From Trichoplax adhaerens (Eukaryota > Animalia > Placozoa), in assembly GCF_000150275.1 (NCBI RefSeq), contig NW_002060943.1, positions 12,947,639-13,011,638 of the forward strand: a stretch of DNA of 64,000 bases, written 5' to 3'. The translations under genes were made by a program, and so were the position numbers. This document shows positions 12,876 through 25,411 of this stretch, in pieces (within the stretch, counting starts at the first letter, position 1; every line of letters starts with the position of its first letter). Below the pieces are notes generated by a model. The model searched no databases. It was not told the DNA's origin and saw nothing but the letters and a program-made list of their open reading frames with translations.

Positions 12876-13782
12876 GCTATCCTCGAGTTGTAAAACGTTG
12901 CTCATCATGTGATGACCACATTATCACAATATCACAAGTGCTTCAAGTTCAACTTATGATTCCAAGCCAATGTCTAGCTGATGATGTAGAAATAGCGCTA
13001 ACGGTTTATTACATAGATCCTCCATACACTGATAATTTACAGATGAAGAACGACGATGGCTATCTGATTTATGTATCACCAATTATTCGCCTTGAACCGA
13101 TGGGTATAAATTTTATAGTAATGAATTATTTCATGCAAATTTACACTAGCCGATATTCTTTTCAAGAATTGCGTCAATATTTCAAAGTCAATAATACTTA
13201 AGATCTGCCATTAAAATTAGCTCTACGAAGCCAGTCGGATAAAATTTGGAATATCCAAGATGTACATGATCAAATGATATCGATATCACAAACAGACAAT
13301 ATATCTTACGTCAAGATATCAATCTGTCATTTCTCCAATTATTTCATCTTTTTTCGATCTACTATTTCAACTCTACAAAAGTTTTTGTTTCTAACGTATC
13401 AGAAAAGAGTTTGTGTAAAAGCTTCTCTATCAACAATCGATTACTGTCTGAATACAACTTATTTGAAGATTGTTTTACTAATGAAACATTACGGCAAATT
13501 CCTAAGGATTTTAAGTTCACATCGCTTTCAGCAGCCGAGCTCGAAAAGCAAATTATGGAGAATGGTCTATATCAAATCACTTTTAACGAAGACGGCCTAA
13601 ATTGTAAAAATAGTAAATTGTTAGAGCAGACTATTAATATCAATTGGAATGTAACACTATGCTATTATCTCCATTACCAATGCTTTATTATAAGTCCAAA
13701 TCGTAAGTCAACTGATGTAGCAAATCGAATAGTTACACCTATTGGTGATCAACGTGAATCAAATCCAAAATATTATTCTTGA
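12876..13782 (+). pseudogene. Disrupted ZU5(-UPA?) domain gene fragment with HFS motif
   Basis: After the acceptor at 12875: VQLMIPSQCL...EIALTVYY...VSPIIRLEPMGINF (ZU5-like). In-frame TAA at 13199-13201, then the same frame continues to KISICHFSNY. A frameshift leads into ORF 13411-13782. Confidence 0.6.
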
Positions 13783-15389
13783 TAATGGTAAGTTAATAGT
13801 ATACGTCAGAAATATGATGATTCATTAAACCTAAGAATAGTCGTATGACTTTAACTTGACTTTCAGAACTAAACATTAAATATCTATTTCGATCTTGCAT
13901 AGACTTCATCAGACCAAGTTCCTGATGATATTGAGCCAACATCGATTAAAACTGGTCACTATTATCCTTGTAATTCTAGAATGATTTAATGCAATAGGGC
14001 ATCATTACAAGTTAAGTTTAATTTCTAGATTATCTAATACTAAAATTATGATTGAAGTAATTCACTCTATATTTGATTGTGTGTGTAGCTCTATTTGATA
14101 TGATCAGGCTTCTAAGAATAGATATTATGGTGATACTAACATTAGATGATTGCTTACTACTATACTATACAGTGAACGTACCTTTTCAGAATTGCTGATG
14201 ACTATATTAGCCAGTTGATTAATTATAGTACAAGATTTATGTGGCTAAACCTACTTTAATCTCGAAGATGCCCAATAGCGAAAGGCGCTGGACATTAACA
14301 GAAAAGTAGGGATTTTTTAAGTAGAATGATTCGGATTATAGAAAATAATGATTTATTTGAGGAAAAGTATTCTATTTTTATGACTCAAGTCTGATTGTAG
14401 TTAATTATGTCATAAATGGATTTGATGAAATGTATTTAAGAAGTGCAGAGATGAAATCACAAGGGAGGCAGACTTAGCTTTGCTTTGAGCTCGGAATACT
14501 TTACATTTTAGACTAGGTTCTTGTAGTAATTGATTCTTGCGCGATTATTCTTGAAACCTTTATATAAAGCCTTTTAGAAAATTCCATTTGATTGCAATGG
14601 CGAACAGATGTTTGGCTATCAGACTAAGGCGAGCCTAGAGCCTTACTAATGCAATGCTATTAAGATATAATTCCACATTCAAGACTTTTAGCCTTTCTTT
14701 ATTTTATTATCCTACTGATTTAATCGCTGACTTATTGATGGACACAATACTAAATCATCTTCACTTTCATCATTTCCTTAAATTGAAATTTTAATCTTAT
14801 TTTGATACAAATCTAGTACCAGTTGCTGAAATGATTTCAGTACCACAAATACAGTATGCTGTAGATCATCAACATGGAACAGAATTCATTCGAATTGTAA
14901 CCACTGATCGAATTTTGCGTCCATTGCAATGACAACATGTTGTAAGCAAAAGTGAAGTTATCCAAATGAAAAGCCAGTTGTACAGAGATTAGAACATACT
15001 TACTTTTCGATATCTTACGTAATTATCGCAATGGGCGTGATTTGGGGTATTTTGTCAATACTAATTATTACAAAGTAACGAGGTCTATGCGCTCCAAGAA
15101 TTTAGGAAACTGTTGGAATTAGAAGCTAGAAATGGAAAACTGAATTCAGAATAAAACATTGAACCCTTGGACAGTCTATCCGAGTTCTATGTCATCATTC
15201 ACTACAAGCTGACTGCTGACTGATAGTTTGTATTCGAAATTTCAAAAAATAAAATAACTCAATCATGCAGTAAAAATTAAAAAAACAGCAGGTGCCAATT
15301 ACTCAAGGTTGTTGTGATCTATATTGGTGAAATTTTAGCCAAATTCAAAGTAAACACCTGAAAAATTGAAAGATAGAATTAATGGCTAC

Positions 15390-15695
15390 GCAATGGCGGA
15401 ACAGTTTTCAACTAGTACAGTGCAGTATTGTAGAGGGCTTGCCACGCCCGTGAAAAAAATGCTCTCCATTTTTGGCTTCAATGGGGCATAATTGAGTTAT
15501 GTCACGTGTCTTTGTCAGACCATTCTTGACGTCTGATTGGCTGATAGACCACTTGGGTTGATGAACCTTCAAACCAACTCATGTTATTGTGCGTCACTTG
15601 CGGTACAGTGGACAGTACGTACAATGCGCCACGATCCTGGTACTGAAGAATTCATAGTAAACCAACAACAGACCAGGATAGTATGTACGGTAAGG
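15390..15695 (+). promoter_or_regulatory. Putative promoter and non-coding exon 1 of the ODC-family gene
   Basis: Locally GC-richer island with GCCACGCCC (Sp/KLF, 15441), CACGTG E-box (15503), TGACGTC CRE-like (15527), CTGATTGG reverse CCAAT (15533) and TGCGTCA (15590). Donor-like gtatgt and gtaagg at 15681 and 15690. Confidence 0.55.
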
Positions 15696-15786
15696 TATCG
15701 CTGGTAACGTTGGCAGTGGCTTCTCCGATGGTATTTGCGTCAAGCGCTCAGGAGGGGGTGGTTGCTTAATTTAATTTAAGCATATC

Positions 15787-16147
15787 TATATGTATACCTA
15801 CTTATTTATTATAATTATAATTATTGTAGCAAATTTCTATTGCTTACCACTTTCCATTTTGATAACGTGAAGATAACTTCTACTCAGATAATCCAAGACA
15901 AGTCATTATATTATTCAGTGCAATAGTCCTCTTGGTAAGATCCTTTGCATTTTAGGGATGTTTTTGGTGGCAACCCTATATGTATGCCTTCTTATATATT
16001 ATAATTATAATTATTGTAGCGAATTTCTATTGCTTACCACTTTTCATTTTGATAACGTGAAGATAACTTCTACTCAGATAATCCAAGACAAGTCATTATA
16101 TTATTCAGTGCAATAGTCCTCTTGGTAAGATCATTTGCATTTTGGGG
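15787..16147. repeat. Near-identical direct duplication, 2 x ~170 bp (period 190)
   Basis: 15787-15957 and 15977-16147 differ at only a few positions. Confidence 0.9.
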
Positions 16148-16314
16148 GTTAAGCAGCAGTCAACACGGTAAAAGTCAACGCTTTTTGTGCACTGATTTTC
16201 ATTTTTCAATCGGGTAATGATTGTTGAAATGTAGAAAATTCCAGCTTAGTAAATGCGTCAAAGTGAAATCGTTGGGATTTTTGCAACGGTACTACTCAAG
16301 CCGTTCGTTCCACT

Positions 16315-17020
16315 TGGATAAATGATACACGTCTGAAATTGATAATGCTTTGCTTAAAATTTTATTTTGATAATTGTATATAATTAAGTATTAAATACAC
16401 GCGGATAAATGATACAAGTCTTTTAAAAGTTATAATACTTTGCTTAAATTTTACTTTGATATTTATAATGAGTAATAGTTACAATACTTTGCTTAAATTT
16501 TACTCTGATAATTGCAGATAGTTATTGTACAATGTACATACGCGGGTGAATGATACATATCCAAAACTTACAAAGCTTTGCTTACATTTTACATTGATTA
16601 TTATAATTAGTTTTTGTACGTACGGCAATAAATAGTACACGTATGAAAGTTACAACGCTAAGCTTAAGTTTTAATTTGATAACTCTAATTAGTAATACAG
16701 TACTGACATTGCTTTGCTTAAATTTTACCCTGATAATTATAATTGGTTATTGTACAATATACCTACGGGGGGGTGAACGATACATATCCAAAAGTTACAA
16801 AGCTTTGCTTAAATTTTACTTTGATTATTACAATTAGTCGAGTACACGTTCAAATGAACGGGAACATTTACTACACAACATACTGCACTGAACAAGATTC
16901 AGAGCTAGGTTATCAGACTATCTATCAATCCCTTCTCAGTGTGAGATAATATGAGCTGCTTCAGTAAACTTTATTGTATACTTTGCGTAAATTCTACTTT
17001 GATAATTAGTTATTGTACAT
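16315..17020. repeat. Degenerate tandem repeat with core CTTTGCTTAAATTTTACTTTGAT
   Basis: Core recurs near 16348, 16438, 16487, 16576, 16712, 16804 and 16981, often preceded by aatgatac. Confidence 0.8.
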
Positions 17021-19321
17021 CGGGAATTTATTGACCCAGTGTCCTTTTCTATGATTTGGAATATTATTAACGAATACTCCATTAATAATTTATTTTATAT
17101 TTTCACTATCGAAAGATGTATTTAGTATTGCAGCCTCTCATTACGTAAGAATTCTTCCGTCATTATTCAATTAGTAGTTCACATTTACTCTTTCAACTGA
17201 ACCTACTTTACGGTATCCTCAGTACTAATTCACCAAATGCTTTAATGGTATATTGCTGGACTAATTATTTTTGTGGGTAATAAGTTGCTAATGATAAGTA
17301 TATGAAACTATTTAGGCTTATTTTCACAATTTTATCGTTTTAGCAGATGGTTATGCACATTTTAAGGTGCAGATTCGATACTAGTCTAGTATGTAGCACT
17401 TCTTTTATATTAGAAACATCAATCAGGCATTTGCTAACATAGAAAACTGTAAAGATAGCGGTTACGCTAGTTATCAAAGGAGTGGATTTTAGGTAATCAA
17501 TGTTCATAACACCTTTTTAACCCAACGCCAAAGAATGTCAAGCACGAAAAATCAAAAAGAATTTTTGTGATTCTTCCGTAAAATTTGTTTAATACTTCAA
17601 TCTAGATTATCCGTAAAAATAAGCAAATTGCATTCTTTTAGGGCAATTTTGTCTCCAAATGCTAACCGTGTTACTTCTAGTAGATTTTAGATCAACGAAA
17701 TTTTAAATGAATATTGATTATCATTTTAATTTACAAACATTAAAGATTTAGTTTTCTACAACTCCTGGCAGCATGACTGTAAATAAATAGCTACTGATTC
17801 AAATCTGGCAGCATCGTATGGCAATAGCTGTCTAATTCAAGTATAAAATTGATTCGATTAAATTTCATAAATCTCAGTCAGATAATAACCTGCCAATTTT
17901 TCGTGGACGTTTGCTAGCTTATATCACTATAAGCTGCTTTAATACAGTAAAACCTTAGTTAAATCGATTACCAATATTTATAATCTATAAGCCAGTACTT
18001 GCATACTTCCCCTTAATATCTACGTGTTGAATGTTTTAATTCATAATTCTGTCATCTCGCCAGCCTAATTTATTTCAGATTGATAAATACATTATCATAA
18101 TAATTGTTAACGTGTAAGGACCCATTTGGCACTACCATAGCAGGATATTTTATTTATAGGAGTAATTTCAGTCTTTTATACAAGTACGGCTTTTATTAGA
18201 TGATTTTTCACTTTTAATGATGATAGAATTCCATGTAACACTATTTTTTATCAATTGGTTCGCAATAGTTGGTTTTAAGATTACTGCATTACTAATGCAA
18301 AGGATAACTGCGGTTGGAAAACATCATTAAATAAATATTTGAGACAGCAGAAAGCATTTAAATTAGTAACTATAATTGCAAGAAGCATGCTATTTCAAAG
18401 TTAATTATGGCATTTCACTAGTCATAACATTATTTTAATGTACTTGTTTTAATCACAGTAGCAGTTCAACAAAACTTCCGAATGGACTATTAGTTTTTCG
18501 ACGGATTAAAGAAATGAAAAATTGTAGGGAACAGATATAGCCTTTTACCACTTAGTATCACAGCTTAATTAATCTTTAAAAGCTTTATTAAAGGTATTAA
18601 AAATATTAGATGATTCATAACGATATTATGTGGAAACATCTATTCTCATATTTATGTGTTTGCTAGATAAAGGTGCTTGATACTTATAATGTTATAATTG
18701 TCGATCGTATCAGGAAGTTAGATAGTAGCTTGATTTAAAATTCGAAACATACATCCAATCCGAAGATCTTAGTTTATTTTCTGATGAGATATGTGTTTGT
18801 TAATTTTATATTCTGTAGCAATTTTAAATATTATAATTGGCCAAATTGGCATTTGACAGAAAACACATTTGCTTTTGAGAAATCAATAAGTAGCAAGTGA
18901 CTGTTCAATTCGCAATAGTAGATAAATCAGATAACCTTTAATGGGTGCTTTCATGGGAAAATCTTGTACAATTAAAAATAATCTACTTAACTCTTACTTG
19001 ATTAATATCATAAATGAATCAAAATTCTAGTATAAAAATTTTGTTAACTCGAATTAATTATTAATAGAATTAAAATAATTTATTCATTCATTATCGATTA
19101 GGCAAGTCACAGATATTATTTCTAACTTATCATCTTACATTAGTTATGTCATAGTTCTACCAGAAGTTCTAGTACCTTATTATAGATGTGGAGTGCCGGT
19201 TTAATTCAAATCTGATTAGTCGTTCGAATTATCGTTCGATAGCTTTATTTCTTCATGAATTAAGCTATACTGTTTTCTTGGATTTTAAAAGGTCTTTACA
19301 GTTATTTCTTCATCAAGATTA

Positions 19322-22300
19322 ATGGCAACTGCTAGTACAACGATTGTTAATGATAGCCCTCTACAAGTTTTACCATCTATAGACCTTCCCAACCTAATAC
19401 AACGCAAAGCTACTGATCATATGGTAGGTTTTCTTTTATTACAGGCAGACTGACTAATTACGGAAAAAGCCATTACTTGATTGTTACGATTCTAGTCAAC
19501 GTATTTTGTAGATTAGTTTGTTGTTTTCGTAAATTGTTTATTACATTAGATGATAATCGAATGTGAATTAAATATTTTAATGATGATATTTAACTCAGTA
19601 TCAACATTACTTATTATTTCATCTTGATGAGTTGCTATTAATTAAAGTCAATTAATTGATTTAGTGGTGCTGAGTTTCTAGGTCCTAGTTGGTCATTAAT
19701 TGATTTATTAAAAATTAAAGTTGTTTACTGTTGGACTCTATAGTGAGTTATATTATAAATTTTCTGTCTTATTTTATACTAATGCAAGTAAATTGTAGAA
19801 CCAGCATACTTTAGCTATACCCCATAAGTGTATTGCAATTGTATATAAGCTCATATAGCGTTTTGTTTACTCAGTTGCTATTTCTTAGTTTTGCGATAAG
19901 GTCTATACTTTTTGTGTACACTTAGAATAAAATTCATTTAGTTAAACCAGCTTCTAGCCACTCATAATACTTGTGAGTCAGTAGTTAGTCTAACTTTCGG
20001 CACTCCTCCTTAGTTAGTAGAAATCTTTAGGTAGCTAGTAAGGTAGTTTAATAAGATCATATACCAGAAGAGTAAATCGTGACATTGATATATTACAAAG
20101 CATAGCAGATTCAGTGACTAAAGAAAAGTATTCGTAATATTTCTACAATAGCAATGCAATGACGAACCTTTCAATATTGTTGATATTGGTGATATAGTCC
20201 ACAAGATTAAAATGGTAAGCAGATGATAATAAACCCTCGAATATATCATGTGAAACACAGATAACCAAATTGCACATTTCCAGTTAGAAAGTGTACAACT
20301 ACGCTTTAGTCTACTATAACAAAAGACATAGCATTAATCCTGAAGTAAATGCTGATATAATGTATTTATAATAACAGTGTTTAACAATGTCTATTGAGAT
20401 CGAAGCTTTATAGAAGTATTGATATTTCAGTAAAATAACAAGAAATATCTCAATTGTATTTTTTCTATAACTCTATAACTTAACAATTATTCTTCATCTT
20501 CTTGATTTGGTATTACAATTATAAATGAAATTGCGAGACATAATTTGACATTTCTTTGTTAAGTTTTAGTTTGTAACTGTAAAGAGTTGGTAAATAATAA
20601 TGCTTTCAATATTGTGCAATATATTTTACTAAAAATTCGAATTCGCAATTTCGTTAAAGATTTTTACAATTGTCAAGTATTACTTACTATCTAGAGTTAA
20701 TGTTAACTACGGTATTTAAGGTTTTACTATTCTCAACTGGCATAGGAGGTAGGGATCGGTACAAGTGGTTAAAGTTAATATACAACTATCTACTAATCTC
20801 CACACCCTCGATTACTTAAAAAACGGCCATGTTTTATGTTTAGACTGTCCACAGTTGTAATGTACGAGTATTGTGTGCCTAACAATTATTATATTGTACG
20901 ATAGTAGATTAGTGATAAAGTGGAATTAAGAATCGCAATGAGGTTTCCAACTTACTTAAGCGTAATCCTCGTAAAAACGAAAATTTTGGTAATAACTTTT
21001 ATTGCATGTCACTAAAAATTAGTCACAAGCATTAGGTCATTTTTAGCAAATGTAAGTTGGTAATGAGATCATGCTAACGGTAATCTGTAACAATAACAGG
21101 TTTATAATATATCAAATTCAGCTAATATTGAATTAAAGTACACATGCAATCGTATTAAATGTATAGCAGCTAGGAACTTAGTTATGTCCGAATTTTTTCG
21201 TTGCAAAATATATACAATCTAATAAATTATTACATAGCAGATAATGCCGCAATATTTATACCCCGATTACTATTTAAGTTACAAACCTTAAACGATGAAT
21301 AACTCACTTAAGATCTATGGGTGCATGGGTATTTAAGCGTCGTCATATGAATAACAAATGCTTTAATCCCATCATACATGATACGTTTTCCAACAGTTGA
21401 AGTATTTGAGAACTTAAAGAGTCTTTACAAGTGAGAACTTTCAATGGCAGACAAAAGTTAAAGATTTAGTTACACTAACTAATCGAATTGTTAACAGTAT
21501 AAATGATGAAGTGCAGAATTTTGTTGATATAAACAACTTGATAGCAGATAAAAAGGCATTCACTTTTCCTGAGATGATAATGTAAAGTTACCTTCTTACA
21601 TTGATATAAACATACATTTATTATTCTTGGCTATAAATCATGCAGTGGTTTTCTCTCCTGCCTCGTGTACATCCTTATTTTGGTATGTTCACATTTTAAA
21701 ACTGAATCTATTCAGATTAAATTCACCTTTAAAATTAATGCATGAATTATATATATACTTCTAAAAAACATATTGACTTTGCTACTTGCATAACTAGCCC
21801 TAAAATGTAACGTTGATAGAGGATTTTTAGCCACTTTACTAGCCTTTGGATTTGGTTTTGAAGGTGTTAGTAAGGTCAGCATAAATTTTAATTTTTAACA
21901 ATTTCAGCATAGATAGTAGAATAGAATTAATCGTATCATGTTATAGTAATTATCATAACTATTTTATTAACGGATTAATTAAATATATCATTTTATGAAG
22001 GCTGAAATCGATACAGTTTTGAAAATGGGGGCTTCACCTGAAAAGATTATTTTTGCTAATCCATACAAGCCAATTTCTCATATAAAGTATGTTTTAATAG
22101 AGTATCATGTTTAAAGTAGAAATAAGGTAAATCGTTAATAATATGACGATTTTAATAATATCCATAGTATTATTAAAAAGCGAATGTACATGGGCTGAGA
22201 GTAAATAAATTAATTAGACTACTTAAATAAATTCTGGGTATTTAAGATACGCTGCTCATCAAAACGTAAATCTGATGACATTCGACAACGTCACAGAATT

Positions 22301-24518
22301 ATATAAGATCAAAGAGTTTTATCCAAAAGCAAGGTGAATTATTTAATACCCTCCTATTAGCCTATAGCACTATATCTCGAAATTAATACTTTTTATATAA
22401 CGGCTATCAATGTGAATACATTAGGTTACTTTTACGTTTAAAATTTGATGATCCTAGATCGAAGTATGAAGTAAGTTATTATCACTTATTTACGCACGTA
22501 GCCTAAAAAGATAGTCATGATCGTATAGTAAGTGTTTTCATGTTCCTTACGATGCAGTTGGGTAAAAAATACGGCGTTGAAATTGATGAAGTTACGCATA
22601 TACTACAGATAGCGCGCGAGTTACAGCTAAATGTCGTTGGAATTAGGTAAGTAAATTAGCAGTATTCAATCAACTATCTAGACTTAAATATTCGATTAAT
22701 AATTTACAGCTATGTAAACGTTTGGTTAACTGTTTTTTTATCAGCATATAAGAATAATGCAAATTACATCTACTTATTGTTATATAATAGCGCGTGCATA
22801 CGTTCATTTATGGGATTAATAGTTGAGATTGTTATGATTACTTCATTTAGTGTCGATATTGCCTTGTCGATTAATTTATTTGATCTATCCACTTGAATTT
22901 TCGATAGTTATCACGTCGGTGGCGGATATACCGATGCCTGTAATTTTTTGAAAGCTATAGAATTAGCTAAAACTGCCTTTAATTATGCGGTATTCATAAA
23001 TACATTGACGACTAAATTTTATGATAACATAATACTAAACATGTAGTTTAAGTTTATAATAAATGTCGAGTAGATTTTAATTCAAATACTTAACCCTCGG
23101 AATAACAGAAATCGATAGGAATTAATTTTAATGTTTTGGATATTGGTGGTGGATTTCCTGGCCAAGCAAATTCACTTTTTAAGAAAGTACGAGGATCTAA
23201 ATTGACATAGTTAATAGATCAAGAACGAAATTTTAAATATATTTAGTTTTTCAAATATTTTTGTCTAGATTTGTAGCAATATCAGCAGCGCTTTAGATAA
23301 GCATTTCCCAGTTGAAGACAACATTAGCATTATTGCTGAGCCCGGTAAAACTTCCTTTTTTAAATACCGTTTTAATCTCGATTATGATCTAATTTAGCAA
23401 TCAATTTCTATCATAAACACAGAGCCTAAGAATGGCAATTAATTATTAATCTTAGGCTTTATTATCCTCGTTTAATAGGTAGATATTTCGCGGAAACTGC
23501 CTTTACGTTAGTTCTTTGCGTAGCTGGCAAACGTGAAATTTATGAAATTGATCAGAAGATTCCAGTTTATAGTAAGATTCATAGGAATTATTAGGCCTCA
23601 TGTAATTGTGCTTTCCAATATTGGATATTTACGGTGGAGTTAATGTGTTGTCGCAATTTAATTGATTGACAATTATAAAACGCTAGATAAAGGATGTATT
23701 AAAAAGAAATTTAGAAATGAGGCCTGTAATAAGGTACGGCAGTAATATCCAAGTCTACAATTAATTCTTGAGTGCAGTAGTAATGCTTTGTTTTTGAAAT
23801 TTTATTAAAGAAAAAGTTTGAATATTACGTCAATGACGGGCGTTATGGATCCTTTTCTGAATTTTTAATGAGCTACGGATGTCAGTATCCTCAAGTTATC
23901 GGAAAGAAATCTGAAACGTTATATTCAACTCGTCTTTGGGGACCCACTGTTAGCGGATCGGATTGTATATTTGAGGAATGCTACCTTCCTGAAGTAAGAA
24001 CTTGTTGTAATATTAAAGACGTGACTTATTGATAAAAATTTGAAAGTATTGATGAATTTGTCGACAGTTACAAGCTCAAGCGATAGCATGTAATCAGTCT
24101 CAAAAACTTTCTGTATCATCCTTAGCTAAATATTGCTGACAATTACGTAATATTTCTATCGTAACACACTGTAGCTCGAAGTAGGGGATCTAATTTACTT
24201 TGAAGGTAAGAAAAAATTATAATCTTATCAGGAAAGAGACAATACCATAACAAATGTTTTATCGACAATCTTGATAGAAATGGGAGCCTATACGACAGTT
24301 TTAGGTACTAATTTTAATGGACTTACTAGACCTGTTTCATACTATGTCATTGATCAAGGGATGTGGTAAGACCAGCACTTTCGAAACTTATTAACGTTTT
24401 ATCATTACCTGGATTTAGAACTTGTGAAAACCCAGCTTATAATTGAATTTTTAACAGGAACGTGGCTAACCATAAATTATTGACAAAATTCAAGGCCGTT
24501 GATGAATACTCAGCGTAA
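19322..24518 (+). CDS. Ornithine decarboxylase / antizyme inhibitor family protein (group IV PLP fold), ~441 aa, with an altered active site
   Basis: 17 GT-AG exons join in frame: 19322-19423, 20152-20214, 21646-21682, 21798-21874, 22001-22086, 22247-22333, 22425-22470, 22558-22646, 22908-22989, 23109-23186, 23269-23344, 23479-23571, 23687-23733, 23811-23993, 24175-24205, 24278-24365, 24458-24518. Motifs: PYFALKCN, IIFANPYK, MTFDN, SYHVG, LDIGGGFPG, IAEPGRYF, YYVNDGRYGSF, WGPTVSGSD, MGAYT, FNGL. Confidence 0.9.
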
Positions 24519-25002
24519 ATAGACACATTTAATTAGATAGAATATGAGAGTATGCATATCCACGAAGGAATTACTACTTAAGCGCATTATTAGATAAATC
24601 ACAAATTACAAAGCTAAATACTGCAATGATGAGTGTTGAATTTACGCCGTTATTTCATTTATTCTTAGGTATTACGAAGTTACAGTACAATAACAAGGCT
24701 AAGATGTAATAATTGCTCTAATGATACCTAATATATGCAGTATTGTAAAAATAAGTCATTATAATTAGGAGATAAATTAGATGAGTACATAAAATTTAAT
24801 ATCAGTATGTAATCGTTCTGTAACGCCTAATATAGATGCATAAGATTTTACTCTGTGAAATAGCAGAGCCTATATCATAGACCTAAACATAATTATTGAA
24901 GTTCGCGTACCATGATTGCCAGTAGTATTATTACTGGAAGCAAATAAGCACATATTAAAGAATAAAATGATTGATTATTACTGGCTACTTTCGGAGAATT
25001 TA

Positions 25003-25411
25003 TAATCAACTCACGCTTCAACATTTGTATAAATCCTTATAACGAAGTACAGTGAATGTTAATCTGATTGATAGATATGGAATTGATAAAATTGGTAAAT
25101 AATAGAATTTTATAATTAAAAGCGGATACAGTCGGTGATTATGAAGTCATATATGAGTATTTTGTCCTAAATATCACTAATATTCTTCATAATCTAGCCG
25201 TAATTTATTACAATACGTCCTTATCGAATATTACTTCCTGTATTTATGATAATAGCTGATAGTGTTAGACAACAAATACCTTTTATTATCATTAATAATC
25301 ATTTCCATTTCAATCTTTTATTATAAATTTGTAAATGTTAACTCCTGCTATTTGTACAATTTGCCGCTGTAAAACTGAATGTTACTTACATCGAAATTAT
25401 TTCGTATTGAA
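25003..25411. repeat. Dispersed ~410-bp repeat, copy B
   Basis: Same orientation as, and collinear with, 4782-5192. Confidence 0.8.

Noticed and set aside
16643-16949. ORFs of 64-68 aa
   Set aside because: They are translations of a degenerate tandem repeat.
20067-20151. Open stretch NRDIDILQSIADSVTKEK as a possible ODC N-terminal exon
   Set aside because: It would need a 24-nt intron and is still out of frame. Exon 19322-19423 has an ATG and joins in phase.
21420-21585. Stop-free stretch inside ODC intron 2
   Set aside because: No consistent splice sites or homology. The flanking exons join without it.
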